Source: a virus
Lineage: Duplodnaviria; Caudoviricetes
Length of the DNA: 30,054 nucleotides
Direction: 5' to 3' (one strand)
IMG/VR virus record: IMGVR_UViG_3300026187_000062
Coordinates: 1-30,054 of that record
The notes under the pieces were generated by a model. The model was not told the DNA's origin, searched no databases, and saw nothing but the letters and a program-made list of their open reading frames with translations. Below, piece by piece: positions 1-8,782 of this stretch (position 1 is the stretch's first letter; each line of letters starts with the position of its first letter). Made by a program: the position numbers and the translations under genes.

Positions 1-1
1 A

Positions 2-3000
2 TCTGGTTCATCTGGATCAAGTGGAAGCTCTGGAACAAGCGGTACTTCAGGCTCATCAGGTACTTCAGGTAGTTCAGGTACATCTGGATCATCAGGTTCA
101 AGTGGGACAAGTGGTTCTTCTGGTACATCTGGTACAAGTGGAAGTTCAGGTACAAGTGGAAGCTCAGGAACAAGTGGTTCAAGTGGTTCATCAGGAACAT
201 CTGGAAGCTCAGGCTCATCAGGAACATCAGGCTCATCAGGCACATCAGGTTCTTCAGGAACTAGTGGTTCATCAGGATCAAGTGGTTCAAGTGGAACGTC
301 AGGTATATCAGGTGTAGATGGTACTTCAGGTACCTCAGGCACCTCAGGTTCATCAGGAACTAGTGGTTCATCAGGCTCATCAGGCTCAAGTGGAACAAGT
401 GGTACTTCAGGTTCATCAGGAACAAGTGGTAGTTCAGGAACAAGTGGTACTAGTGGTTCTAGTGGAACTTCAGGAAGTTCAGGTTCATCTGGAACAAGCG
501 GTTCTAGTGGTTCATCAGGAACATCAGGTTCATCAGGAACTAGTGGTTCTAGTGGTTCATCAGGAACTAGTGGTTCATCAGGATCAAGTGGAACAAGTGG
601 TACTTCTGGTTCATCAGGAACATCAGGAACTTCAGGATCAAGTGGAACATCTGGTTCAAGTGGAAGTAGCGGTACATCTGGATCATCAGGTTCAAGTGGA
701 ACAAGCGGTACTTCAGGAACTTCAGGTTCAAGTGGAACAAGTGGCTCTTCAGGATCATCTGGAACTTCTGGATCAAGTGGTTCAAGTGGAACTTCTGGAA
801 CTAGTGGCTCATCAGGAACATCTGGTTCAAGTGGAACTTCAGGATCTTCAGGAACATCTGGATCATCAGGAACTTCAGGTTCTTCAGGATCAAGCGGAAG
901 TTCAGGAACTAGTGGTAGTTCAGGCTCATCAGGAACTAGTGGTTCTTCAGGAACATCAGGTTCATCAGGAACCAGTGGTTCTTCAGGAACATCAGGTAGT
1001 TCAGGCTCTTCAGGCACATCAGGCTCAAGTGGAAGTTCAGGAACATCAGGAACTTCAGGTACATCAGGCTCATCAGGTACATCCGGTTCAAGTGGTTCAT
1101 CAGGTACTTCAGGAAGCTCAGGTTCATCTGGAACTAGTGGCTCATCAGGTACTTCAGGTTCATCAGGAACATCAGGCTCATCAGGAACATCAGGTTCAAG
1201 TGGAAGCTCAGGAACTAGTGGTTCTTCAGGTTCTTCAGGAACAAGTGGTATAAGTGGAGTTGATGGTACAAGTGGAACATCTGGTACATCTGGTTCATCA
1301 GGCACATCAGGTTCAAGTGGCTCATCAGGCACTTCAGGTACATCGGGTACATCAGGTTCAAGTGGAACTTCAGGAAGCTCAGGTTCATCAGGAACTAGTG
1401 GCTCTTCAGGTTCAAGCGGAACATCAGGTAGTTCAGGAACATCAGGTTCTTCAGGTACATCAGGAAGCTCAGGCTCAAGCGGAACCAGTGGTTCTTCAGG
1501 TAGTTCTGGAACCTCTGGTTCAAGTGGAACTTCAGGAAGTTCAGGTTCATCTGGAACAAGTGGTAGTTCAGGTTCATCTGGAACAAGTGGCAGTTCAGGA
1601 ACTTCAGGTTCAAGTGGTACCTCAGGTTCATCAGGCTCAAGTGGAACATCAGGTTCATCAGGCTCAAGCGGAACATCAGGTTCATCAGGAACTAGTGGTT
1701 CTAGTGGAACCTCAGGTTCAAGTGGAACTTCAGGTTCTAGTGGATCAAGTGGTACATCAGGATCAAGTGGTTCTAGTGGTACATCAGGTTCATCAGGAAC
1801 ATCAGGTAGTTCAGGAACAAGTGGTACTAGTGGTTCAAGTGGTACTTCAGGAAGCTCAGGTTCATCTGGAACAAGTGGTTCCAGCGGTTCATCAGGCACA
1901 TCAGGTTCAAGTGGTACTTCAGGCTCAAGTGGAACATCAGGTTCATCAGGTTCTTCAGGAACTTCAGGTTCTAGTGGTTCATCTGGAACTAGTGGCTCTT
2001 CAGGTACATCAGGCTCTTCTGGAACATCAGGTTCAAGTGGAACAAGTGGTTCATCTGGCTCATCAGGTACTTCAGGCTCATCAGGTTCATCAGGAACTAG
2101 CGGTTCATCTGGAACTAGTGGTTCATCAGGAACATCAGGAAGCTCAGGAAGCTCAGGAACATCAGGTTCATCAGGTTCAAGTGGAACTAGTGGTATAAGT
2201 GGTGTTGATGGTACTTCAGGAACAAGTGGAAGTTCAGGTACTTCAGGAAGCTCAGGAAGCTCAGGAACTAGTGGTACTAGTGGAAGTTCAGGTACATCTG
2301 GCTCATCTGGTACATCAGGATCAAGTGGTTCATCTGGAACTAGTGGTACTAGTGGAAGTTCAGGAACTAGTGGTTCTAGTGGAACTTCAGGTTCTAGCGG
2401 TTCATCTGGAACTAGCGGCTCAAGTGGAAGCTCAGGAACTAGCGGTACTTCAGGAACATCAGGCTCAAGCGGAACATCAGGTAGTTCAGGAACATCAGGA
2501 AGTTCAGGCTCAAGTGGAACAAGTGGTTCTTCAGGTAGTTCAGGAACAAGCGGTTCTTCAGGAACATCAGGTTCTTCAGGAACATCTGGTTCATCAGGAA
2601 CATCAGGAAGCTCAGGTTCATCAGGAACCAGTGGTTCTTCAGGTAGTTCTGGAACTTCAGGGTCAAGCGGAACATCAGGTAGTTCAGGAACATCAGGTAG
2701 TTCAGGAACATCAGGAAGCTCAGGTTCATCTGGAACTAGTGGTTCATCAGGAGCATCAGGCGCTTCAGGAACTTCAGGAACTTCAGGAACATCAGGAAGT
2801 TCAGGCTCAAGTGGAACAAGTGGCTCTTCAGGTTCATCAGGAACATCAGGCTCAAGCGGAACATCAGGTAGTTCAGGTACCTCAGGTTCATCAGGAACTA
2901 GTGGTTCTTCAGGCTCAAGTGGAACTAGTGGCTCATCAGGTTCATCAGGAACATCAGGATCAAGTGGAACAAGTGGATCCTCAGGAACTTCAGGCTCATC

Positions 3001-4783
3001 TGGAACTAGTGGTTCTTCAGGCTCAAGTGGTACTTCAGGAGCAACAGGTTCTCCAGGAGTTCCAGGTACTTCAGGAACAAGTGGCTCATCAGGAACAAGT
3101 GGCTCATCAGGAACAAGTGGCTCATCAGGTTCATCAGGAACAAGTGGTTCATCAGGTTCATCAGGAACTAGCGGTTCATCAGGAACTAGTGGTTCATCAG
3201 GAACATCAGGAAGCTCAGGCACCTCAGGTTCATCAGGCTCAAGTGGTACTTCAGGAGCAACAGGAAACCCAGGAGTTCCAGGTACTTCAGGAACTAGTGG
3301 CTCATCAGGTTCAAGTGGAACAAGTGGTAGTTCAGGTTCATCAGGAACATCAGGAACATCTGGTTCATCAGGTTCATCAGGAACTAGTGGCTCATCAGGC
3401 TCAAGTGGGACAAGTGGTTCATCAGGTTCATCAGGAACATCAGGATCAAGTGGAAGTTCAGGAACAAGTGGCTCATCTGGCTCAAGTGGAACAAGTGGCT
3501 CATCTGGCTCAAGTGGAACAAGTGGTAGTTCAGGTTCATCAGGAACATCAGGAACATCTGGTTCATCAGGTTCTTCAGGTACATCAGGTTCATCTGGTTC
3601 ATCAGGAACATCAGGTTCAAGTGGTTCTTCAGGAACTAGCGGAACATCAGGTTCAAGTGGTTCTTCAGGAACTAGCGGAACATCAGGTTCATCTGGTTCA
3701 TCAGGAACATCAGGAGCAACGGGTTCTCCAGGAGTTCCAGGTACTTCAGGAACAAGTGGTAGTTCAGGTTCATCAGGAACATCAGGATCAAGTGGAAGTT
3801 CAGGAACAAGTGGTTCTTCAGGTTCAAGTGGAACAAGTGGTACAACTACTATAACTAACAACACAAATGATCGCGTATTAACAGCTACAGGTACAGCTAC
3901 TATTAATGGTGAAGCAAATTTAACATTTGATGGATCTTCTCTTAAGGTAGGAAGCGGTGCTTCAGCAACAGCTACTTTATCTGTAAAAGGAGGAGGTACA
4001 ACATCATCAACTAAAAACTTTGTAACAGAAACAGGAAACGGTACCACTATAATGGACTTCAGAGACGGAACTTATGCCTTCTTTGGATGTGGTCAAACAG
4101 GTGGATCTGCTTCTGGATTTATATTTCAATGGGAGGGTTCAACAACCTATACACAGTTTGCCGGGTATAACTACGGTAATGGTTCTAGTCCAAGTTACAA
4201 TCCTTTGTTATTAGATACTGATACAGCAGGACGTGATCAAGGTGTATTTGTAGGATATGATGTTACAGGTAACACTCCTCCGGCATCAACAGAATTTGCT
4301 GTTAGAGGTACAGGAACAACGTCTGCTACCTACTGTGCTCAGTTCGTTACTGATAATAGAAGTATTATTATGGCTATCAGGAATGATAAAAGAGTAGGTT
4401 TAGGGACCACAACTCCGAGTTATCCATTACATGTAGCCTTTGTTGAATCAGGTAATTCAATATATGCCTCAGGTGATATTATAGCATCTTCAGATATTAG
4501 AAAGAAAAAAGAAATTCAAATAATTAAAAATGCTATAGATAAAATTAAACAAGTTAGAGGTGTTACTTTTATAAAAACTGATACTGATGAAACTGTAAGA
4601 AAAATGGGAGTTATTGCTCAAGAAATACAAAAAGTAGCTCCAGAAGCAGTAGCTACAGATGCTGAAGGGTATTTATCAGTAGCATATGGAAACTTAGCAG
4701 GGCTATTAATTGAAGGTATCAAAGAACAACAAAACCAAATTGACGAATTAAAACAAGAAATAAATAAACTAAAGAATAAATAA
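2..4783 (+). CDS. Giant Ser/Thr-rich collagen-like tail/virion fibre with C-terminal peptidase S74 intramolecular chaperone (5'-truncated, >1590 aa)
   Basis: Frame +2 reads SGSSGSSGSSGTSGTSG... from nt 2. It continues through TTTITNNTNDRVLTATGTATINGEANLTFDGS into the 4052..4783 ORF of the track, which is in the same frame. The C-terminus SDIRKKKEI...RGVTF...MGVIAQEIQKVAPEAV...LSVAYGNLAGLLIEGIKEQQ plus coiled coil is the S74 autocleaving chaperone (from ~4490). Confidence 0.92.
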   Translation, partial: SGSSGSSGSSGTSGTSGSSGTSGSSGTSGSSGSSGTSGSSGTSGTSGSSGTSGSSGTSGSSGSSGTSGSSGSSGTSGSSGTSGSSGTSGSSGSSGSSGTSGISGVDGTSGTSGTSGSSGTSGSSGSSGSSGTSGTSGSSGTSGSSGTSGTSGSSGTSGSSGSSGTSGSSGSSGTSGSSGTSGSSGSSGTSGSSGSSGTSGTSGSSGTSGTSGSSGTSGSSGSSGTSGSSGSSGTSGTSGTSGSSGTSGSSGSSGTSGSSGSSGTSGTSGSSGTSGSSGTSGSSGTSGSSGTSGSSGSSGSSGTSGSSGSSGTSGSSGTSGSSGTSGSSGTSGSSGSSGTSGSSGSSGTSGTSGTSGSSGTSGSSGSSGTSGSSGSSGTSGSSGTSGSSGTSGSSGTSGSSGSSGTSGSSGSSGTSGISGVDGTSGTSGTSGSSGTSGSSGSSGTSGTSGTSGSSGTSGSSGSSGTSGSSGSSGTSGSSGTSGSSGTSGSSGSSGTSGSSGSSGTSGSSGTSGSSGSSGTSGSSGSSGTSGSSGTSGSSGTSGSSGSSGTSGSSGSSGTSGSSGTSGSSGTSGSSGTSGSSGSSGTSGSSGSSGTSGSSGTSGSSGTSGTSGSSGTSGSSGSSGTSGSSGSSGTSGSSGTSGSSGTSGSSGSSGTSGSSGSSGTSGSSGTSGSSGTSGSSGTSGSSGSSGTSGSSGSSGTSGSSGTSGSSGTSGSSGSSGTSGSSGSSGTSGISGVDGTSGTSGSSGTSGSSGSSGTSGTSGSSGTSGSSGTSGSSGSSGTSGTSGSSGTSGSSGTSGSSGSSGTSGSSGSSGTSGTSGTSGSSGTSGSSGTSGSSGSSGTSGSSGSSGTSGSSGTSGSSGTSGSSGTSGSSGSSGTSGSSGSSGTSGSSGTSGSSGTSGSSGTSGSSGSSGTSGSSGASGASGTSGTSGTSGSSGSSGTSGSSGSSGTSGSSGTSGSSGTSGSSGTSGSSGSSGTSGSSGSSGTSGSSGTSGSSGTSGSSGTSGSSGSSGTSGATGSPGVPGTSGTSGSSGTSGSSGTSGSSGSSGTSGSSGSSGTSGSSGTSGSSGTSGSSGTSGSSGSSGTSGATGNPGVPGTSGTSGSSGSSGTSGSSGSSGTSGTSGSSGSSGTSGSSGSSGTSGSSGSSGTSGSSGSSGTSGSSGSSGTSGSSGSSGTSGSSGSSGTSGTSGSSGSSGTSGSSGSSGTSGSSGSSGTSGTSGSSGSSGTSGTSGSSGSSGTSGATGSPGVPGTSGTSGSSGSSGTSGSSGSSGTSGSSGSSGTSGTTTITNNTNDRVLTATGTATINGEANLTFDGSSLKVGSGASATATLSVKGGGTTSSTKNFVTETGNGTTIMDFRDGTYAFFGCGQTGGSASGFIFQWEGSTTYTQFAGYNYGNGSSPSYNPLLLDTDTAGRDQGVFVGYDVTGNTPPASTEFAVRGTGTTSATYCAQFVTDNRSIIMAIRNDKRVGLGTTTPSYPLHVAFVESGNSIYASGDIIASSDIRKKKEIQIIKNAIDKIKQVRGVTFIKTDTDETVRKMGVIAQEIQKVAPEAVATDAEGYLSVAYGNLAGLLIEGIKEQQNQIDELKQEINKLKNK
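5..3841 (+). repeat. Degenerate 9-bp coding tandem repeat GGN-(TCN/AGY/ACN)-(TCN/AGY), at least 426 units
   Basis: Gly codons at 5, 302, 1247, 2192, 2750, 3038, 3254, 3713 and 3839 all fall in the same 9-nt register. Variation is almost entirely synonymous or Ser/Thr at position X. Confidence 0.95.
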
Positions 4784-4785
4784 TT

Positions 4786-5133
4786 ATGGGAATTCAAGCA
4801 ACAGGTTCATTTACGTATAATAACGCCAGTTATGATGCTCCTTATTTTAGAATTACACCTTACCTAGCTGCTACTGGTGATAATATCCCAGTAGAGACTA
4901 GAATGTATAGAGACTACTCTACTTTTGTAACAAGTTCAATACCTGCATTAGGTAGCGGAGACACACATATAACCTCTATAGGGTTTAATATAACCGGTTC
5001 AGCTCCAACTAATGCCTCAGGTTCAAACGTTACAGATAAGTATCTATATTGGGTTAGTTCAGAAATAATTAATCAATTAGAATCTATGTCTCCAAGTACT
5101 ACATTTAATATTACTAATATAACAGTAGATTAA
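4786..5133 (+). CDS. Small putative virion/fibre-associated protein
   Basis: 115-aa ORF 2 nt after the fibre stop; S/T/N-rich with TGS/SGS motifs. Confidence 0.65.
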   Translation: MGIQATGSFTYNNASYDAPYFRITPYLAATGDNIPVETRMYRDYSTFVTSSIPALGSGDTHITSIGFNITGSAPTNASGSNVTDKYLYWVSSEIINQLESMSPSTTFNITNITVD

Positions 5134-5135
5134 GT

Positions 5136-5804
5136 ATGGCTGTACCATCTTCAAATATTAAAATAAATGGAGACATTTATAATGAAGCTAACGGTGGTAC
5201 AAGTACAGTTGTTAGTTTTGAAGATTTAGCTTCTTATGATTGGAGTCAAGGACCTAGTGGGGATAGTACAATTTCTTATAATGGATGGGGTCAAAGCGGA
5301 AACGCAGGAGCAAATAGAATATACGGACTATCAGTAAATACCTCAGGACCTTTTCAAGTAGCAGACTTTGCAGGATTAACTTACTTTTATGAAAATTCCT
5401 CTTATAAAATAGGAGCAAATGTTAATAATAACTACCCCCCTTCAACACCTCCTGATCCCCCTAACGATATTGATGTTACTATAACATTCTACGATAGTAA
5501 CGGAAGTTACTCATACGCCCAAGGAAATTCAGGCGGTGTTTCTGAAGGAGGAGGTAATACAAATTTTGATGTTACTAGCGGCGGTGGTAGTGAGCCAATC
5601 CTAGCAGTAGGATATTGGGAAATTGAAGTTTTTGCGAACGGCTTTGGCAGCTGTGATATAAACATTAATGGAACCGCAGTTGTAACAGGAGGAGCCCTCG
5701 GTCCAGGATCTACTACATTTAACTGGGGAAGCTACCAATCTGTAAATGCAGCTTCTACTGGTCAAGGTTATGACGGTTTTTATGTAGAAGTAAATGCTTC
5801 TTAA
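5136..5804 (+). CDS. Putative fibre-tip/adhesin-like virion protein
   Basis: 222 aa, G/S/N-rich, predicted beta-rich. The N-terminus [21 protein letters not shown]...QVADFAG resembles the short module often found in genes just downstream of S74-bearing fibres. Contains a Pro-rich linker PPSTPPDPP. Confidence 0.55.
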   Translation: MAVPSSNIKINGDIYNEANGGTSTVVSFEDLASYDWSQGPSGDSTISYNGWGQSGNAGANRIYGLSVNTSGPFQVADFAGLTYFYENSSYKIGANVNNNYPPSTPPDPPNDIDVTITFYDSNGSYSYAQGNSGGVSEGGGNTNFDVTSGGGSEPILAVGYWEIEVFANGFGSCDININGTAVVTGGALGPGSTTFNWGSYQSVNAASTGQGYDGFYVEVNAS

Positions 5805-5810
5805 AACATA

Positions 5811-5842
5811 TTTGGTTATTTAAAATAATTTTATTATATTTA
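5811..5842 (+). promoter_or_regulatory. Putative host-type (Bacteroidota -33/-7-like) promoter TTGG-N19-TATATT for the glycan operon
   Basis: TTGG at 5812-5815 and TATATT at 5835-5840. The same 19-nt spacing occurs at 17120, 27124 and 28888. Confidence 0.6.
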
Positions 5843-6943
5843 ATGGTAATGTATGGTGATTTACTTCTTGTTGTTGATGCTTATTTATCTAATAAAGAAA
5901 GAGCAGAAGCTTGTTTAAATCTTATAAACCAACTTAAAGAAATTCTCCCTGAGTATGAGATTCTTTTAATTAATAAATCAAAAGAAAGTTATGGTTTAGA
6001 AAAACAAGTAGACCATTATTTTAATTATGGTAAGAGTTTTTTAGTAGGATATCCTCCTGAAGACATAATATCAAATGAAAATTATGAACTTCCTTATGTA
6101 TATGCTGGTAATGATCAAGGAGTATGTGAAAATTGGTTACCACTTAAAGGAATATCAGATCATGTAGCTAGTGTATATAATAGTTTTATTATGGCTTCTA
6201 ATTTAACCAAAATGTTAGGTTATAATAAACTATTTAGGGTAGAATATGATACTATATTTGATAAAGATGAACTTTTAGATATAAAAAAAGATTTACAAAA
6301 AGATTGGGAGTATTTATTTTATGGTAAAAGACAAGAAGGAAAATGGGCTAAACCATGGCATTACCTAATAGATGTTCATATATGTGGTTACTCACCAGAT
6401 TTATTTAATGGTTTCACACTTGTTAAAAATGATGATGAATATTGGAAATTATGTAATAAAATAGATTATTTTGGTAAGTGGATTGAATATGTTATCTCTC
6501 ATGTTTTAGAATATCAACTAAAGGAAAAAGAAATTAAAGGTATTTGTTATGAGGGATTTTGGTATGATTTATTTCCTAAAACCCAATTTGATATCATTAG
6601 TGGTTCTGGTGGATGGATTGATAAATGGAAATCAATGCCTAAAATTTGTAAAGTTAGTTATGATCAAGGAATAACAGAGGTAACAAATGAATTTACTTTG
6701 TTTTACTGGAATGATCAAGAATCAGATTTAACTATTAAAACTAAAATATATGATAATGATACTTTAATTTATGATTTTGATATAACTTTAAAAAATAATT
6801 ATACTTATATAGAAAAATTTCCTTTAGAAAAAGAACTTAGGATAGAAAAAACTAATATTATTAAGGGAAATATAGAAGAATACACTGAATATATTTCACC
6901 CCAAACCATTGCCCAGCATAATACAAGATTCATGTATAAATGA
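5843..6943 (+). CDS. Putative glycosyltransferase (GT-A-like) with C-terminal beta domain
   Basis: N-terminal LLVVDAY...EILLI Rossmann-like strands and YNKLFRVEYDT (DxD-like ExD). Paralogous to the next gene and lies in a glycan-modification context. Start may be 5849. Confidence 0.55.
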   Translation: MVMYGDLLLVVDAYLSNKERAEACLNLINQLKEILPEYEILLINKSKESYGLEKQVDHYFNYGKSFLVGYPPEDIISNENYELPYVYAGNDQGVCENWLPLKGISDHVASVYNSFIMASNLTKMLGYNKLFRVEYDTIFDKDELLDIKKDLQKDWEYLFYGKRQEGKWAKPWHYLIDVHICGYSPDLFNGFTLVKNDDEYWKLCNKIDYFGKWIEYVISHVLEYQLKEKEIKGICYEGFWYDLFPKTQFDIISGSGGWIDKWKSMPKICKVSYDQGITEVTNEFTLFYWNDQESDLTIKTKIYDNDTLIYDFDITLKNNYTYIEKFPLEKELRIEKTNIIKGNIEEYTEYISPQTIAQHNTRFMYK

Positions 6944-7941
6944 AACCAATAATTATAATATCTGCTTATTGTCCTGATGATGAAAGAAAACAAATGTTAA
7001 CTAATTGTGTTAACTCATTACAATCATTAAGAAAGGATTTTGATATTTTAATATCAACTCATGCTTATGTTCCTGAACATATAGCTAAAAAAGTAGATTT
7101 TGTTTTTTATGATGCTAATAATGATTTAATATATGATTGGGATTTAATTAATACTCCTTGGTTTTCACCACATGAAGGATTAACTATAGTTTCTTCATTA
7201 GTATCTAATTTTAGTACATATTCAGCTTGCAATAGAATAATTATGGGTGGTTTAGGTATAGCTAAAAATTTTGGATATAAAAAAGCCCATTATATTGATT
7301 ATGATACTATTATTAATGATCCTTCTGAATTTTATGACAATAATATTTTGTTAGATAATTATGTAACTGTTCAATATAAAAAAGAGTATAAAAACTTTGA
7401 AATGAATGTTGATGGAGGTGTAGGAGTATTTCAAGCTATAAATTTAGATAAAGTAAATGATGTATTTACAACATATAATGAGAAAGAATTATTAAAAATA
7501 TTAAAAGAAGCTCCTTATAAAACTAATGAAATAATATATCAAGATCTTTATAAGTTAGATAATGAAAAAATATTATACAAAGATTGGAATATTCTCTTAA
7601 ACCAAGGAAATATATTTAATCAATCTATTAACACTCAAAAAGATGATTTAAATGATTGGACTGTTCCTTATTATGATACTAAAACAAATAAAATAAATGT
7701 TATAGCTTGGAATTCTAAAAAAGATTACCCTATTAATGTTAGTTTTATTGTTAACCAAGAAAAAATTATAACATTAAATAATGTTAATAAATTTGAATGG
7801 AAAATAGATGAAGTAGATGATATTAATAATATTAATGAAATTCTAATTATAGTTGATAATAAAATAAAAAACCATATAACCATAGATACACCAGAACTCA
7901 AAGAAAAGTTTATTAGAAACAATCAAGCCCAATATAGTTAA
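6940..7941 (+). CDS. Putative glycosyltransferase (GT-A-like), paralogue of upstream gene
   Basis: IIIISAY...DILISTH...VDFVFYD...GYKKAHYIDYDT (DxD motif). ATGA overlap with the upstream stop. Confidence 0.6.
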   Translation: MKPIIIISAYCPDDERKQMLTNCVNSLQSLRKDFDILISTHAYVPEHIAKKVDFVFYDANNDLIYDWDLINTPWFSPHEGLTIVSSLVSNFSTYSACNRIIMGGLGIAKNFGYKKAHYIDYDTIINDPSEFYDNNILLDNYVTVQYKKEYKNFEMNVDGGVGVFQAINLDKVNDVFTTYNEKELLKILKEAPYKTNEIIYQDLYKLDNEKILYKDWNILLNQGNIFNQSINTQKDDLNDWTVPYYDTKTNKINVIAWNSKKDYPINVSFIVNQEKIITLNNVNKFEWKIDEVDDINNINEILIIVDNKIKNHITIDTPELKEKFIRNNQAQYS

Positions 7942-7942
7942 A

Positions 7943-8782
7943 ATGATAAATGTAAGTTATGATAGAGATACTAATTCAACATTAGTAAAATTAAACAATT
8001 TAACCTTAATAAAAGAACATCTTCCTTTAAAAATTAAATTTAAAAATATTATTTCAGGAGAAATACATTATGAAGCTGAATTAATAGATAATAGCTGGGT
8101 TGAATGGAAAGGAGCTGAACAGATTACTGATGTTTTAGTATATTCTTCTACAGGTAAAATTCTTCATAAACATAAATGGGATGTAACTATTAATGGAGAT
8201 ATTCATGAAAAAATGTTATGGTATTATTTAAAAGGTAGACAATTACAAGGACTAAATTCTAATGGTTTAGTTATTGGTGCCCATGATGGAAGAAATGGAC
8301 ATTGGATATATCCTGTTAAAGAAAATTTAACAGATGCTACTTTAGTTGATGGAAGCGAAAAACAATTTCAAAATTTAAAAGAAAACTATTTTGATTCTCT
8401 TAATACAGAATTTAAAAATACTATTGTTACAACAGATGGATCTGATGTAGAATGGTATCAAGGTGGAGAAGGTTATACAGATACAGTAATACCTTCTGTT
8501 ATTAATGGATGGTTAGACTCCTCCCAAATAACTAAAACATATAGAAAAAGCATATCAATTAATGATTTAATAAAAAATAAAAATTATGATTGGTTACATC
8601 TAGATGTAGAAGGTTTAGATGGGGATTTAATTTTAGCTTTGGAATCTAAACCTAATTTAATAATTTATGAGGATGAAAATCTAAATGATTCAATAAAATC
8701 AAGACTTAAAAATTGGTTTTCAAAGAATAATTATACAATAGTTAAACATTCATGTAATATATTAGCAATAAAAAATGGGTAA
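7943..8782 (+). CDS. FkbM-like SAM-dependent methyltransferase with extra N-terminal beta domain
   Basis: LVIGAHDG (motif I), WLHLDVEGLD and PNLIIYE motifs typical of the FkbM family. Confidence 0.8.
   Translation: MINVSYDRDTNSTLVKLNNLTLIKEHLPLKIKFKNIISGEIHYEAELIDNSWVEWKGAEQITDVLVYSSTGKILHKHKWDVTINGDIHEKMLWYYLKGRQLQGLNSNGLVIGAHDGRNGHWIYPVKENLTDATLVDGSEKQFQNLKENYFDSLNTEFKNTIVTTDGSDVEWYQGGEGYTDTVIPSVINGWLDSSQITKTYRKSISINDLIKNKNYDWLHLDVEGLDGDLILALESKPNLIIYEDENLNDSIKSRLKNWFSKNNYTIVKHSCNILAIKNG

Noticed and set aside
567-3620. Minus-strand M/N/L/F-rich ORFs
   Set aside because: Antisense shadows of the 9-bp repeat.
5-3841. CRISPR array or non-coding satellite
   Set aside because: No constant repeat with unique spacers; variation is codon-structured.
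21-3854. Four long V/Q/E/H/L-rich ORFs in frame +3
   Set aside because: Shadows of the GSS repeat. They stop at the GIS/GVD motifs and at the repeat end, and only frame +2 joins the S74 domain.
4052-5804. Diversity-generating retroelement target in the fibre tip
   Set aside because: No reverse transcriptase and no template/variable repeat pair seen in the window.
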